Shown piece by piece: positions 15,120-15,216 of a stretch of DNA of 15,216 nucleotides. Position numbers and translations under genes: made by a program. The notes below the pieces were generated by a model, which made no database searches, was not told where the DNA came from, and was given only the letters and a program-made list of their open reading frames with translations. The first letter of the stretch is position 1. Every line of letters begins with the position of its first letter. The stretch spans positions 1-15,216 of the forward strand of contig CAZQBY010000002.1 of NCBI GenBank assembly GCA_964592405.1, written 5' to 3'. This DNA comes from an uncultured archaeon. GTDB taxonomy: Archaea; Altiarchaeota; Altiarchaeia; JAFGQM01.

Positions 15120-15216
15120 TTGTTGTTCAAAAACAAACAGGGTAAAGCAAAAGAGACAAAAAGAATATGGAAATTGGAAGGAATTACAACAATGAAATTA
15201 GGTCTAGCAAGGGAAA

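Noticed and set aside
15120-15216. Start of the next gene (ATG 15167 or 15192), where RNase J or a prenyltransferase often follows fni
   Set aside because: Too short and truncated by the window end; neither frame gives a recognisable motif.

Overview
Archaeal genomic window, all genes on the + strand, in two compositionally distinct parts. Bases 1-3596 are a GC-richer block (hand counts on sample lines about 60-65% GC) with an ECF vitamin importer (EcfT, fused double ATPase, CbrT-like S component) and a stand-alone GGDEF diguanylate-cyclase-like gene with an intact catalytic and I-site signature, which is very unusual in Archaea. Bases 3632-15119 are lower in GC (roughly 45-50%) and carry rpiA plus the conserved archaeal superoperon: uS13-uS4-uS11-Rpo3, tRNA-Leu(GAG), eL18-uL13-uS9-Rpo10, tRNA-Pro(GGG), Rpo6-uS2-MEMO1. 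After an AT-rich repeat-laden spacer come a SecB-like hypothetical gene, archaeal ThrRS, mevalonate kinase and type 2 IPP isomerase. Other oddities: an in-frame palindromic heptamer-repeat insert in the S component, a structured ~75-nt element partly antisense to the adjacent tRNA-Pro, long charged extensions on uS11, uS2, uS4 and Rpo3, and no enolase or isopentenyl phosphate kinase gene at their usual positions. The style is DPANN-like, but that is inference only. All family assignments come from motif recognition; no searches were run.
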